From assembly GCA_963697895.1 (NCBI GenBank), contig OY969100.1, positions 160,001-224,000 of the forward strand: 64,000 nucleotides of DNA, read 5' to 3'. The notes under the pieces are model-generated. The model worked only from the letters and a program-made list of their open reading frames with translations. It had not been told where the DNA came from and did no database searches. This stretch comes from an uncultured Methanomicrobiales archaeon. GTDB taxonomy: Archaea; Halobacteriota; Methanomicrobia; Methanomicrobiales; Methanospirillaceae. Position 1 is the first letter of the stretch, and each line of letters starts with the position of its first letter. This document shows positions 19,197 to 31,117 of the stretch, piece after piece. Made by a program: the position numbers and the translations under genes.

Positions 19197-19735
19197 GCGG
19201 GTTTCTCTCCGATCAGTATGGGGAGGGAATGGCGAAAAAGAGTTCAGTCGGGGCAGACCGTCCGGATACGGGAATGGACCGGTATCCCTCTCCGGCGGCA
19301 GACCGTCCGAATATGCAAAGAACGGAATGGAAAAATTCTGTCGCCGGAGGTGTCATGGACGATGAAAAGAACTATTCATCCGGAAGAGACCCGGGAAATC
19401 GGAACATGCGCGTGAGCGAGACGGAATCTCAAGTCAGATTAAAAAGAAGGAAAAGGCGGATATCAAGGTGTGAGGGGATAATTCCATTTTCCGGTCGTGA
19501 GATATGTGTGTGGTCCGGTGCGTGAACAACGGATATTTCGCGGTCCTGGCCATCCCGGATTGCCCGATCCGGTATGTCCAGCGACTGCCTGTATCTGTTA
19601 CGCTGATAATGAGATAAATATTACCGTGTTGCTATCGCCTTTCCGGGTCCTCGCGCTATCCTGTGCCACTCCTGAAGAAGGGAACGAATCAGGTTCCGGG
19701 AATCCGGACGGTGTCTCCATGGACAAAAAGAGAAC

Positions 19736-20077
19736 TTATTCACCGGCATCGCAGATCGCCAGCTGATAGATCCAGTCGAGGAGCCGGTGGCACTTCTCCA
19801 CCGTGCATTCCTCCTCGCAGGCGATGCAGGGGATGAGCTCTTCCCCCGCGAGGATATGGCAGGGATCTATCGGGCGGCGGCAGGCGATCAGGACGAATGT
19901 CTTGATCCCCTCCTTCCGGAACTCCACCCGCCGGATCAGCCCCGAATCGAGGAGCTTCTTCACGATGCGCGAACATTTCCGCGAGTCCACATCGAGGATC
20001 TTCCAGAGCTCACTCTGCAGCACTCCTTCAGGCTTGGACTGAATGAGCTTCAGTGCATCGTCTGCTGAATTGGACAT
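19736..20077 (-). CDS. Winged-helix protein with C-terminal 4-Cys motif; probable TFE-beta/RPC34-like factor
   Basis: GVLQSELWKILDVDSRKCSRIVKKL wHTH plus PCIACEEECTVEKC...LDW; directly downstream of Lsm. Confidence 0.65.
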   Translation of the reverse strand: MSNSADDALKLIQSKPEGVLQSELWKILDVDSRKCSRIVKKLLDSGLIRRVEFRKEGIKTFVLIACRRPIDPCHILAGEELIPCIACEEECTVEKCHRLLDWIYQLAICDAGE

Positions 20078-20085
20078 GTGACCTC

Positions 20086-20322
20086 TCAGATCACAGGAGA
20101 TATCGCCAGGATGTTATTTCCCCGGATGACGACCGTGCCGAGGCTTCGCCCGCGCTGGTCCCCCTCAAATTCGATCGTCTCCTCCATGTGGATATTCAGA
20201 TACTCATCCACAGCGACCAGTCGACCCTGCAACTTCTTCCCTTCATCCTTTATTTCGACGGTAATTTTCGAATCCACGAGAGAAAAAACCTTTTTGATTG
20301 GCAATACGATACCGTTGACCAT
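20086..20322 (-). CDS. Sm-like (Lsm) RNA-binding protein
   Basis: GRLVAVDEYLNIHM (Sm1) and VIRGNNI (Sm2); start set at ATG 20322. Confidence 0.92.
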   Translation of the reverse strand: MVNGIVLPIKKVFSLVDSKITVEIKDEGKKLQGRLVAVDEYLNIHMEETIEFEGDQRGRSLGTVVIRGNNILAISPVI

Positions 20323-20417
20323 CTGCCTTAATTTGGAGGGCAAGATGATTAAAGTTTGTGCACCGGCAAGAGGCCTGGAATATGACACCCTGCGGTTATC
20401 GTGCCATTCCGGGTTGC

Positions 20418-20655
20418 CTTCCGGCTATCCGGCCATGCTTCAGGATGCCCGGGCCCCGGTCGCCGGTAAGCTGCCGGCTGTCCTGTCCTGCTCCGAGATG
20501 TCCCAGGTACCGAATCGCCCGGCAGGCCTTCCGGCTGTACTGTCCCGCTCCGAGATGTATCGGGTACCGATCGCTTGGAGTCTTCCGGTCGTCCCGGCCA
20601 TGCTTCAGGATGTTCGGGTCCCGATCACCGTCAGCTTCCGGTTACCCGGCCACCT
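20418..20655. repeat. Degenerate tandem array, ~4.3 copies of a ~54 bp unit
   Basis: Units begin CT(T/G)CCGG; CCGGCCATGCTTCAGGATG and GCTCCGAGATGT each occur twice. Confidence 0.7.
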
Positions 20656-22248
20656 GTCGACAGAGTGATCCCGGGTGCGAATCGTCCGGGACGGAGAAAA
20701 CCTTCTCACAGGTCGGGAACGACGTAGACTCTTCTTCTGCGGGTCGAAACCCTCCGGCGGGTGGCCTTCTTTCAGGGGGACTGCATATCGCTCCGCCCCC
20801 TTGAGCAGGTAATAAACGGCAAGCCTGCCGATCGTGAGGGAGATGATCCCCCCGCCGGTCATGGTGTGGGAGAGTCCGTGGGCGACCTGCACATCGTGCT
20901 CCATGCAGGCGCCGAAGAGCTGCCAGCGTGCCGGGGTCATCTGTGTCGCCGAGAAGGATTTACTCTCCGAGAGGCGTGCCGGGTCCATCGAGACGAAGTT
21001 CATCGGGACGACGAGCGCCCGGAGCCCTTTGATCCGGTCCATCAGCTCCAGGCTCTTCTGCACGTCCTCCTCCTCCTCGCCCGGGAGCCCGACGATCATC
21101 GTGCCCGCGATCGCCCAGTTCAGGTCGTGGAGGATCCCGAGGCTCTCGACCACGATATCCGGCCAGAGTTCAGGCCCGGAGGGGGCAGGTTTCCCCCGCA
21201 TGTGCTTCGCGATCAGTTTCGGGCTCCCGGTCTCGATCCCCGTCTGCGCCCCGAGGAACGGTACTTCGGGAAGGCTGTTCATGTAATCGGAGATCTCCTC
21301 GACCAGCCGCGGGTTATGATAGACCGTGGCGAGGGCAATGTGCGAGAACCCGATATTGGTGATCCCCTCGACCTTCCCCACCCGTTTGACGAGGGAGATC
21401 AGCTTCTCCGGATCGGGGTGAATCGGACGCCCCCCGTAGCAGAGCATGTCCTCCGCGTGGAGCAGGGAGCCGCGGTTACCCGCCCGGGCATTGACCTCCG
21501 TATCCCGGATGATCTGGTCGGCGGGTTTATGCCGGAGAGACTGGAGGGTCGGGGTGCAGAATGCGCAGCCCCGTCCGCACCCCCGGGAACACTCGACCAA
21601 CCCGTGGATCGTGGCATGGACCAGGGGCGGGATCTCCGCGGCCGGCACCTCCTCCCCGGTGATGATCGGCGGCACCACCTCACCGGCCAGGATCGCGGCA
21701 AATGCCTTCGGCACCGACCGTTCCCCTTCCCCGAGGTGCACGTGATCGATCCCCAGCCGCTCCCGGATATGGGGAGGTACCAGCTGCCAGGCGCTCTTTC
21801 CGCCGGCGACCGTGGTTGCCTTCCGCATCACCGGGTGCGCCATCAGCGCGAAGAACTTCATCCGGTTGTAAGGCGGGCCCGTCCGGACGAAATCGGAGAA
21901 GGTGGATGTCGGCGGGTTGATCCCGAGGAAATCATGCCCCGTGATCGAGACGATCCGGGTTTCATCCCCCGCCATCCGGGAGAGATCCCGGGGGTGGACG
22001 ACTGCGACCTCGTCCTCCGTAAACCCGTGCGAGAGGAGTGCCGCCTCGATCGACCGGACTCCGCCGTCGGCAAAGAGGGCCCGGCCGTGTTTCCGGGGTA
22101 CCGGCGGTCCGAAGGCATGGAAAAACATCCAGTCTGGCATGATCCCGCTCGGGGCACACATGGTAAACCCCGTGAATATGCCTCCCCGGTATTTGCTCAT
22201 CATCGTCTCGTCGGCCGTGAGGATGATCGCTGGCGATCTGCGTGACAT
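20605..22248 (-). CDS. Radical SAM protein with B12-binding-like N-terminal region, function unknown
   Basis: GCGRGCAFC CxxxCxxC motif, GEGE, GIETGS, VGLPGE. True stop is probably 20706 (YVVPDL*) if one extra base near 20728 is removed. Confidence 0.85.
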   Translation of the reverse strand: MSRRSPAIILTADETMMSKYRGGIFTGFTMCAPSGIMPDWMFFHAFGPPVPRKHGRALFADGGVRSIEAALLSHGFTEDEVAVVHPRDLSRMAGDETRIVSITGHDFLGINPPTSTFSDFVRTGPPYNRMKFFALMAHPVMRKATTVAGGKSAWQLVPPHIRERLGIDHVHLGEGERSVPKAFAAILAGEVVPPIITGEEVPAAEIPPLVHATIHGLVECSRGCGRGCAFCTPTLQSLRHKPADQIIRDTEVNARAGNRGSLLHAEDMLCYGGRPIHPDPEKLISLVKRVGKVEGITNIGFSHIALATVYHNPRLVEEISDYMNSLPEVPFLGAQTGIETGSPKLIAKHMRGKPAPSGPELWPDIVVESLGILHDLNWAIAGTMIVGLPGEEEEDVQKSLELMDRIKGLRALVVPMNFVSMDPARLSESKSFSATQMTPARWQLFGACMEHDVQVAHGLSHTMTGGGIISLTIGRLAVYYLLKGAERYAVPLKEGHPPEGFDPQKKSLRRSRPVRRFSPSRTIRTRDHSVDRWPGNRKLTVIGTRTS

Positions 22249-22460
22249 ATCGAATATTTCCCTTCTCTCTCGTGTAATGATGGATGATTTAAATATCCTG
22301 ATACCTGATAAAATTTATGCCCCCACATGGCACAGGGCCGTGAACACCGGAAATATCTGGCGTTTCCTGGTCCATCGAACGTGTTTCGTCTCCGTCCTGA
22401 ACCATATGCAACCGCGGATACGTTCCTATCATGGAATGGGGAACCGGAAAAAAAATTGTT

Positions 22461-23558
22461 TTAATCGGGAATCGGCTTCCAGCGATCTTTTAACTTTTTC
22501 TCGACGCCGGGGAGGGTCGTGTACTCCATCTCGTCGAGGGAGAGCCGGTGCGGTTCAAACGGCCCGTGCGCCCGCATCACGTCGGCCAGCTCGTTGCACC
22601 GGTCCCGGACCCGGTTATATGCCGGGTCGTCGAACATGTCGACCGGGCCGATCAGCTTCCCGTTCGAGACCTGGAACCCGAGGCAGATCACCCGGGGCGG
22701 CCCGTCGAACCGGGTGCAGTTCGCGTCCGGCAGCCCCACCGGCATGAACGGCCCGTGATGCGACCCCCGCATCCAGCCGGCGACGAAGATCGGTATCGTG
22801 AACGGGTCGATCACCTCGCCGACCGAGGGAAGGCCGCTCTGTGCCCGGACGATCATGACGGGATCGTCCTTCCCGACGTACCGGCCGGCCATCAGGTTCA
22901 GCCGCTGCGTGCTCGTGCATGCGGCGACCAGGCCGTCCTTCCGCCAGACGCCCTTCACCACGTACCGGGACGGCGCCCCGATGTACGCGAGGAGGTCGTA
23001 TGACTCCTCCGGGGTCCTGAACCGGACCAGCCGCTTGTCGATGACGTCGTGCACCTCGAAGATGAATCCGTCGTGCATCCCGGGATCGATCACGAGGCCC
23101 GGGTTGGACATCGGGTCGGCAAAGATCTTGTACAGGAAGAAGTTCCATGCACCCGGCTCGGTCTTGTCTGCCATGAAGACGAGTACCGGGTCGCTTCCCC
23201 GCTCCTCGAACTCCATCTCGGCCACACCGGGGCCCATCCCCTTCACGTTGCCCGAAAAGGCATCGGAAAGGATGTCCTGTCCCGCCCCGTAGAGCTTCAT
23301 CTCCTTTGCGATCGCGGCGCATTCGGTGAAGACCTTCCACGCCAGGCGGTGGATCTCGGGGTCGTCCTCGCCCCGGGTATGGGTCATGATCAGCTCGAGG
23401 TCGTCCCCGCAGTGCGTGACGAGCGAGTCGATCAGGAGGCGCCCCTCCTCAGCTTTCACTATCTGGGCCGCCCGCTCGAGGAGCTTCGGGTGGGTACGGG
23501 AGTGGCCGGGAAAACTGCCGACATCCGCTTTTATGACAGATACGGTCGTCTTCACCAT
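22461..23558 (-). CDS. fbp: Fructose-1,6-bisphosphate aldolase/phosphatase (class V)
   Basis: IKADVG, GDDLEL, LYGAGQD, DKTEPGAWN, YVGKDDP, GWMRGSH, RFDGPP, GPFEPHRL. Confidence 0.97.
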   Translation of the reverse strand: MVKTTVSVIKADVGSFPGHSRTHPKLLERAAQIVKAEEGRLLIDSLVTHCGDDLELIMTHTRGEDDPEIHRLAWKVFTECAAIAKEMKLYGAGQDILSDAFSGNVKGMGPGVAEMEFEERGSDPVLVFMADKTEPGAWNFFLYKIFADPMSNPGLVIDPGMHDGFIFEVHDVIDKRLVRFRTPEESYDLLAYIGAPSRYVVKGVWRKDGLVAACTSTQRLNLMAGRYVGKDDPVMIVRAQSGLPSVGEVIDPFTIPIFVAGWMRGSHHGPFMPVGLPDANCTRFDGPPRVICLGFQVSNGKLIGPVDMFDDPAYNRVRDRCNELADVMRAHGPFEPHRLSLDEMEYTTLPGVEKKLKDRWKPIPD

Positions 23559-23756
23559 GGCACATCCCTCATCGGTATCTGGTGGTTTGCCATCTGCATC
23601 GCCTTTACGTGAGAATCTGGTTCGGAATTTACGAATCGAATCACACAGGTATTGCGCCCTGTCTCTAAAAAGGTGTTGGAACGTGACGCGGGACGATCGA
23701 AAAAGGAGGAAAGGGGGCCCGGTCTCCCAGGGGCGTTTTGGAATTCCGGCCCGGTT

Positions 23757-24185
23757 TTACTGGTACCCCTGAGGGGTCGCCGGGGGCCGCTCGCGGTAGC
23801 TGACCTCGAGCACGCCGTGCCGGAAGCTGATCGCGACCGAATCCCGGTCGGCCGGCGGGACCTCTGCACTCGTCTCGAAGGACCGGTTCCCGTCGCAGGC
23901 CCGGATATGGACGGTGGTGCCCCGGAAGAGCACCTGGACGTTCTCGGCAGACATCCCCGGCAGTTCGGTGATCAGCTTCACCTCGTTTCCGACGCGGTGG
24001 ATCTCGACATCCGGCGCATGGTCCGTCTCCGGTGCGGCCGCGAGGCCGGCCGGGGGCTGCATGATGATCACCTTGATCCCGATCAGGATCGGCTTCTCGT
24101 TTCCCTGGCTTTGTGACTCGGCAATGATACGGCGGATCATCTCGTCGATCCCCGTGAAATCGGTGTCGTTTGGTTGGATTCCCAT
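23757..24185 (-). CDS. Small heat-shock (Hsp20-like) protein
   Basis: ELPGM...FRHGVLEV alpha-crystallin-like signature; follows cdc48. Confidence 0.75.
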   Translation of the reverse strand: MGIQPNDTDFTGIDEMIRRIIAESQSQGNEKPILIGIKVIIMQPPAGLAAAPETDHAPDVEIHRVGNEVKLITELPGMSAENVQVLFRGTTVHIRACDGNRSFETSAEVPPADRDSVAISFRHGVLEVSYRERPPATPQGYQ

Positions 24186-24203
24186 CGATGTATGCTCTCT
24201 GGA

Positions 24204-26596
<2,393 letters not shown>

Positions 26597-26644
26597 GGAT
26601 AACTCCTGTACGCATAATTTACCTAAAGTTAGGGTTTAATAATA

Positions 26645-26653
26645 TATAAAAAT
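26645..26653 (-). promoter_or_regulatory. Putative TATA box of cdc48
   Basis: TTTTTATAT on the minus strand in an AT-rich patch ~50 bp upstream of the start codon. Confidence 0.5.
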
Positions 26654-26676
26654 AACGTAAAAACAGAAGCACATAA

Positions 26677-27246
26677 TCACGGCGGATTACAGCGCAAAAT
26701 GCCTTTCTCCGTCACAATAATGTCCATTCCGACATCGTTTGCATCGGCGGGGATCGCTGCCGCCTCCTGGCAGGTGAAGGCGACCCCGATCTTCCGGAGA
26801 CCCGGGTGTGCGGCAAGGAAGCGGTCATAGTACCCGGCCCCGTACCCGAGCCGGTGGCCCGACCGGTCATAGGCGATCACCGGGACCACGACCGTCCGGA
26901 TCTCTTCGGGGCGGGCGGGGTCTTCGTTCCCGATCGGCTCCGGGACAGAGAACGTGCTTGGTATCAGGCATGAGACCCGGGTGATATAGGACAACCGGAG
27001 GCTGCAGGTTTCCCGCTCGATGATCGGGACCACGACCCGGGTGCCGCGGGAGAGGAGACCGGTGATGAGCTCTTCGGTCCTCACCTCGGGGGGCTTCGAC
27101 GCATACACCATCACCGGATCTTCGCCATCGACAAGCCGGAGTACCTGGGCGCAGATCGACCGGCTCTTCTCCCGGATCTCCCCGGGAGAGAGACCGGAAC
27201 GCCGTGCCCGGGCCGCTTCCCGGATCTCCTGCTTGGAACGGGACAT
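26677..27246 (-). CDS. 5-formyltetrahydrofolate cyclo-ligase family protein
   Basis: SKQEIR, VPEP, VVPVIAYD, RLGYGAGYYDRFL, D...D.IVTE. Confidence 0.92.
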   Translation of the reverse strand: MSRSKQEIREAARARRSGLSPGEIREKSRSICAQVLRLVDGEDPVMVYASKPPEVRTEELITGLLSRGTRVVVPIIERETCSLRLSYITRVSCLIPSTFSVPEPIGNEDPARPEEIRTVVVPVIAYDRSGHRLGYGAGYYDRFLAAHPGLRKIGVAFTCQEAAAIPADANDVGMDIIVTEKGILRCNPP

Positions 27247-27327
27247 CGCTACCGGTACTATGCACCGGACGGCATCTTAAAGCGTGACGAACCGGCATCG
27301 TTAAGCGGATAACGAAACTCACGGCTC

Positions 27328-27456
27328 TTACAGGTCCCTGCCTTCTGCAAGGACCGTCTGGATAAGGATATTGCCTCTGCGGACCATCTCATCGAACTCC
27401 TGGGAAGTATAACAGAGGGCTTCGACCGGCAGGTCGGTCAGGTCACGAATGAACAT
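27328..27456 (-). pseudogene. Possible C-terminal remnant of a minimal nucleotidyltransferase (MNT) gene
   Basis: Manual translation MFIRDLTDLPVEALCYTSQEFDEMVRRGNILIQTVLAEGRDL* resembles MNT C-termini; no N-terminal GSxxxG...DxD seen. Confidence 0.4.
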
Positions 27457-27535
27457 TCCCGTTCTTAAAAACGCCCGGGAACTTCGGTATTCCTGGCAAA
27501 AAGACGGGAACGGAAAAAAAGGGGTATAGTTTTCC

Positions 27536-28814
27536 CTAGAACTTGAAGTGCCGGTTCACGATCTTGATCGCACAGTAATCGCCGCACATCGTGCAGGCTT
27601 CCGCATCCGCGGGCAGCCGCTCCGCCCGGATCTGCCGGGCACGTTCCGGGTTCATCGCGACCTGGAACTGCCGTTCCCAGTCCAGGTCCCGGCGGGCATG
27701 CCCCATCTCGAGGTCGGCCTCGCGGGTCTTCTTCAGCTTGATCATGTCCCCGACGTGGGCGGCGATCCGGGAGCTGATCACGCCTTCGTAGACCTCTTCG
27801 GGGGTGGGCAGCGCCAGGTGCTCGGCGGGGGTGACGTAGCAGATGAAGTCGGCACCGCAGGCAGAGGAGATCGCGGCACCGATCGCGGCGACCCGGTCGT
27901 CGTATCCCGGGGCGATGTCGGTGACGAGCGGGCCGAGCATATAGAACGGCTTCCGGTTCGTCACCCGTCTTCTCGAGGACGACGTTCGCCTGGATCTCGT
28001 CGAGGGGGACATGGCCCGGCCCCTCGACGATCACCTGGACCCCGTCGGCATGGGCTTTGTCCGCGAGCTCCGCATTGATCAGGAGCTCCTGGATCCCGGC
28101 CCGGTCGGTCGCGTCGTGGATCGCCCCGGCCCGCATCCCGTTCCCCATCGAGAGGGTGACCTCGTGCTCCTTCATGATCTCGAGGAGGTAGTCGAACTCG
28201 GCGTACAGCGGGTTCTCCTTCTCGTTGTGGATCATCCACGCGGTCATGAACGCACCGCCCCGGGATACGAGTCCGCAGTGCCTGCCCTGGTTCCGGAGCC
28301 GCTTCACCGTCTCCCAGTTGATCCCGGTGTGGATCGCCATGAAGTTGGTCCCGAGTTTCGCCTGCTCGGCGGTGATCCGGAAGAGGTCGTCCTCCCGCAT
28401 GTGGACCACCGCGCCGTCCCGCTCCGCTGCCTCGATGAACGCCTGGTACAGCGGGACGCTCCCGACCGAGAGGGAGGTCGCCGCGATCACCCGCCGCCGG
28501 ATCTCGGCAAAGTCCCCGCCGGTGGAGAGCTCCATCAGGGTGTCGGCCCCGGCGAGCTCCGCCTGCCGTGCCTTCTCGATCTCCATATCGATATCGACGA
28601 TATCCGAAGAGGTGCCGATGGACGCGTTCACCTTCGTCCGGAGCCCCTCCCCGATCCCGCAGATCTTCACGTCGCGGTAGGGGGAGACGGGGATCACGAT
28701 ATGGCCGTCGACGATCCCCCGCCGGATGAACTCCTCCGGGACCTGTTCCGCTGCAGCGACCGTTCTCATCGCCTCGTTGATGATGCCTGCCCGGGCATCT
28801 CCGATCATGCTCAT
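27536..28814 (-). CDS. thiC: Phosphomethylpyrimidine synthase ThiC family (one apparent +1 frameshift near 27968)
   Basis: [30 protein letters not shown], then in the shifted frame [29 protein letters not shown]. Confidence 0.9.
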
Positions 28815-29038
28815 GGATCAGAGGTGCGCCAAAAGACCAGATAAAAGGCTCGGTTATCCGAAAAAGACTCAATCTGGCTTGTTCTCTCCGCAAGTAAAGT
28901 TGATCTTCCTCAAGGAAAGAAAAGTTGTGCAACGGGGACCTCCCCGGGGATGCCGCCCGGGCCACCGGGTGCCGCCCCGCTTCAATAGATTGAATAAACC
29001 GTCCTTCCCTATTAGTACTCACAACGGGGAGTCGTGTT

Positions 29039-29839
29039 TTGCAGGTAAACTTCGGCGGATTTATCGATACCAGCACCGTTGACTGGCCCGGGAGGGCGGT
29101 CTGCACGGTCTTTCTCCGGGGATGCCCGCTCCGGTGCTCCTATTGCCATAACGCCCCGATCCAGACCGGGCAGACCTGGTGCGATACCGACGAGGTGATC
29201 TCCCTCATCGAATCGGCGCGCATCGCGATCAGCGGGGTCGTATTCTCCGGCGGCGAACCGACGATGCAGAAAGAGGCGCTCACCGTCCTTGCCCGGGCGG
29301 CACGATCGATGGGGCTCGGCGTAGGAATCCAGACGAACGGGTACTTCCCGGAGACGCTCGATCACCTGATCCGTGAGGGTCTCCTGGATCGGGTGGCACT
29401 GGACTACAAGATGCGGTGGGAAGGATACAGCAAGCACTGGGAGGGGTACGGCGATATCTGCCGGGAGGACTATACCCGGCAGGTGCGCAGATCCCTGGCT
29501 GTCTGCCGGTCGGCCCGGTCCCGGGATGCGCTCTCCGAGTTCGAGGTGGTGGTGACGATCTTCCGGGGCAACCGGGACGAGGTGCTCGCGATCGCCCGGG
29601 AAGCGGACGGGACGGACCTGGTGCTCCAGCAGGGAGTGCACAAGCACCCCTGGTCCCCGGGAAAGGAGATCGAAGATATCCGGCAGGGAACTCCTGAGAT
29701 CGACCGTTCCCCGTACAGCCTTGAGGAACTGCGCCTGATCGCCGACCGGATCGGAAGGCCGGTCAGGATCCGAACCCACGAGGGAGGTGAGTCCGTCTAT
29801 GCGGGTGATCGGGGTCGTCGGGCTGCCTGCCAGCGGTAA
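29039..29839 (+). CDS. nrdG: Anaerobic ribonucleotide reductase activating protein (radical SAM)
   Basis: STVDWPG, GCPLRCSYCHN, FSGGEPT, TNG. Confidence 0.85.
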   Translation: MQVNFGGFIDTSTVDWPGRAVCTVFLRGCPLRCSYCHNAPIQTGQTWCDTDEVISLIESARIAISGVVFSGGEPTMQKEALTVLARAARSMGLGVGIQTNGYFPETLDHLIREGLLDRVALDYKMRWEGYSKHWEGYGDICREDYTRQVRRSLAVCRSARSRDALSEFEVVVTIFRGNRDEVLAIAREADGTDLVLQQGVHKHPWSPGKEIEDIRQGTPEIDRSPYSLEELRLIADRIGRPVRIRTHEGGESVYAGDRGRRAACQR

Positions 29840-30347
29840 GGGAGAATTCTCCCGGATCGCAGGAGAAATGGGGATTCCGGTCGTGGTCATGGGGGACATC
29901 ATCCGGCAGGCGGTGGTGGAGGCCGCGCTCCCCCTCTCGGACCTGAACATGGGAGAGGTCTCCCGGGGGCTCCGTGAGCGCGAGGGGATGGACGCGATCG
30001 CCCGCCGCTGCATCCCGGTGATCGAGGCGACCGGTGCGCCCGTCGTCCTCGTCGACGGGATACGGGGGGATGCGGAGGTCGACGCGTTCCGCCGGCATTT
30101 CGAGGATTTCATCCTGATCGGTATCGAATCTGCGTTCGAAACCCGGTTGCGGAGGCTCTCGGAACGGGGCCGGCCGGACGATCTCCTCGACGGGGAGGAG
30201 CTCCTGCTCCGCGACCGGCGTGAGGTCTCCTGGGGACTGGACCGCGCCCTCTCGATGGCGGACTATATCCTCGAGAACGACGGGTCGCTCGAGGCCTTCA
30301 CCGGGACGGTCAGGGAACTTCTCACCCGCCTCCGGGGCACGACATGA
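29799..30347 (+). CDS. UPF0200 P-loop kinase (dephospho-CoA-kinase-like)
   Basis: GLPASGKG, MGDIIR, DGIRG, RDRRE, ADY.LEN; start ATG 29799. Confidence 0.85.
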   Translation: MRVIGVVGLPASGKGEFSRIAGEMGIPVVVMGDIIRQAVVEAALPLSDLNMGEVSRGLREREGMDAIARRCIPVIEATGAPVVLVDGIRGDAEVDAFRRHFEDFILIGIESAFETRLRRLSERGRPDDLLDGEELLLRDRREVSWGLDRALSMADYILENDGSLEAFTGTVRELLTRLRGTT

Positions 30348-31117
30348 GGTTTCCCCTCTATTTCTCCTCGTCGGCAAAGGTCTGGGAGGAGATCTCCTGG
30401 GTGTACGGGATCGAGGAGGCCGGCTACGAGGGATGGGAGGTGGTCGCAGACGGCCGGTACCGGCTGGACGACCCGGAGAATCTCAAAGAGATCACCGACG
30501 TGCTCGAGAGCACCCGGCTCCGTGCATCCGTCCATGCCCCGTACGGGGACCTGAACCTCGCCACGCTGAACTACCCGATCTGGCGGGAATCGATCCGCCA
30601 GATCGTCGGCTGCATCACCCATGCCGCATCGTTCGCCGACCGGGTGACGATCCATCCGGGGTACCTCTCCCCGGCCGGCAAGATGATGCCCGACCGTGCC
30701 TGGAGCCGGCAGAAAGAGGCATTAACAGAGATCGGCCGCGTTGCCGCCGATAACGGGGTCCTCGCCTGCCTCGAGAACATGATCGGGGTGAAGGAGTTCC
30801 TCTGCCGCGAGCCCGGGGAGCTGCTCGGGATGACCGAAGGGATCGAGGGGATCGGTATCACGATCGATATCGGGCATGCGCACACGATCGGGCAGGTCGA
30901 TGCGTTCCTCCCGTGTCTTTCCCGTGCCCGGCATCTCCACATCCATGACAACCACGGGTCCTCCGATGAACACCTGGCCCTGGGAGACGGCACGATCGAC
31001 TGGGAGCGGGTCGGCAGGGCCGTCGCCCGGGACTACCACGGGGTGGTCGTGGTGGAGGGCCGCTCGGTCGAAGAAGGCCGGAAAAGCCGTGCAGCAGTGG
31101 AGAGGTGGTTTGTATAG
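30344..31117 (+). CDS. Sugar phosphate isomerase/epimerase (xylose-isomerase-like TIM barrel)
   Basis: HAPYGDLN, HPG, LENM, DIGHA, HIHDN, HLALGDGTIDW. Confidence 0.88.
   Translation: MRFPLYFSSSAKVWEEISWVYGIEEAGYEGWEVVADGRYRLDDPENLKEITDVLESTRLRASVHAPYGDLNLATLNYPIWRESIRQIVGCITHAASFADRVTIHPGYLSPAGKMMPDRAWSRQKEALTEIGRVAADNGVLACLENMIGVKEFLCREPGELLGMTEGIEGIGITIDIGHAHTIGQVDAFLPCLSRARHLHIHDNHGSSDEHLALGDGTIDWERVGRAVARDYHGVVVVEGRSVEEGRKSRAAVERWFV

Noticed and set aside
19250-19335. Short duplication GGCAGACCGTCCG x2 (similar case CCGAATAACTGC x2 at ~32102/32162)
   Set aside because: Only two short degenerate copies; consistent with the array theme but too weak to call.
28815-29038. TPP riboswitch upstream of thiC
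   Set aside because: No CTGAGA or ACCTGA core elements were seen on the minus strand.
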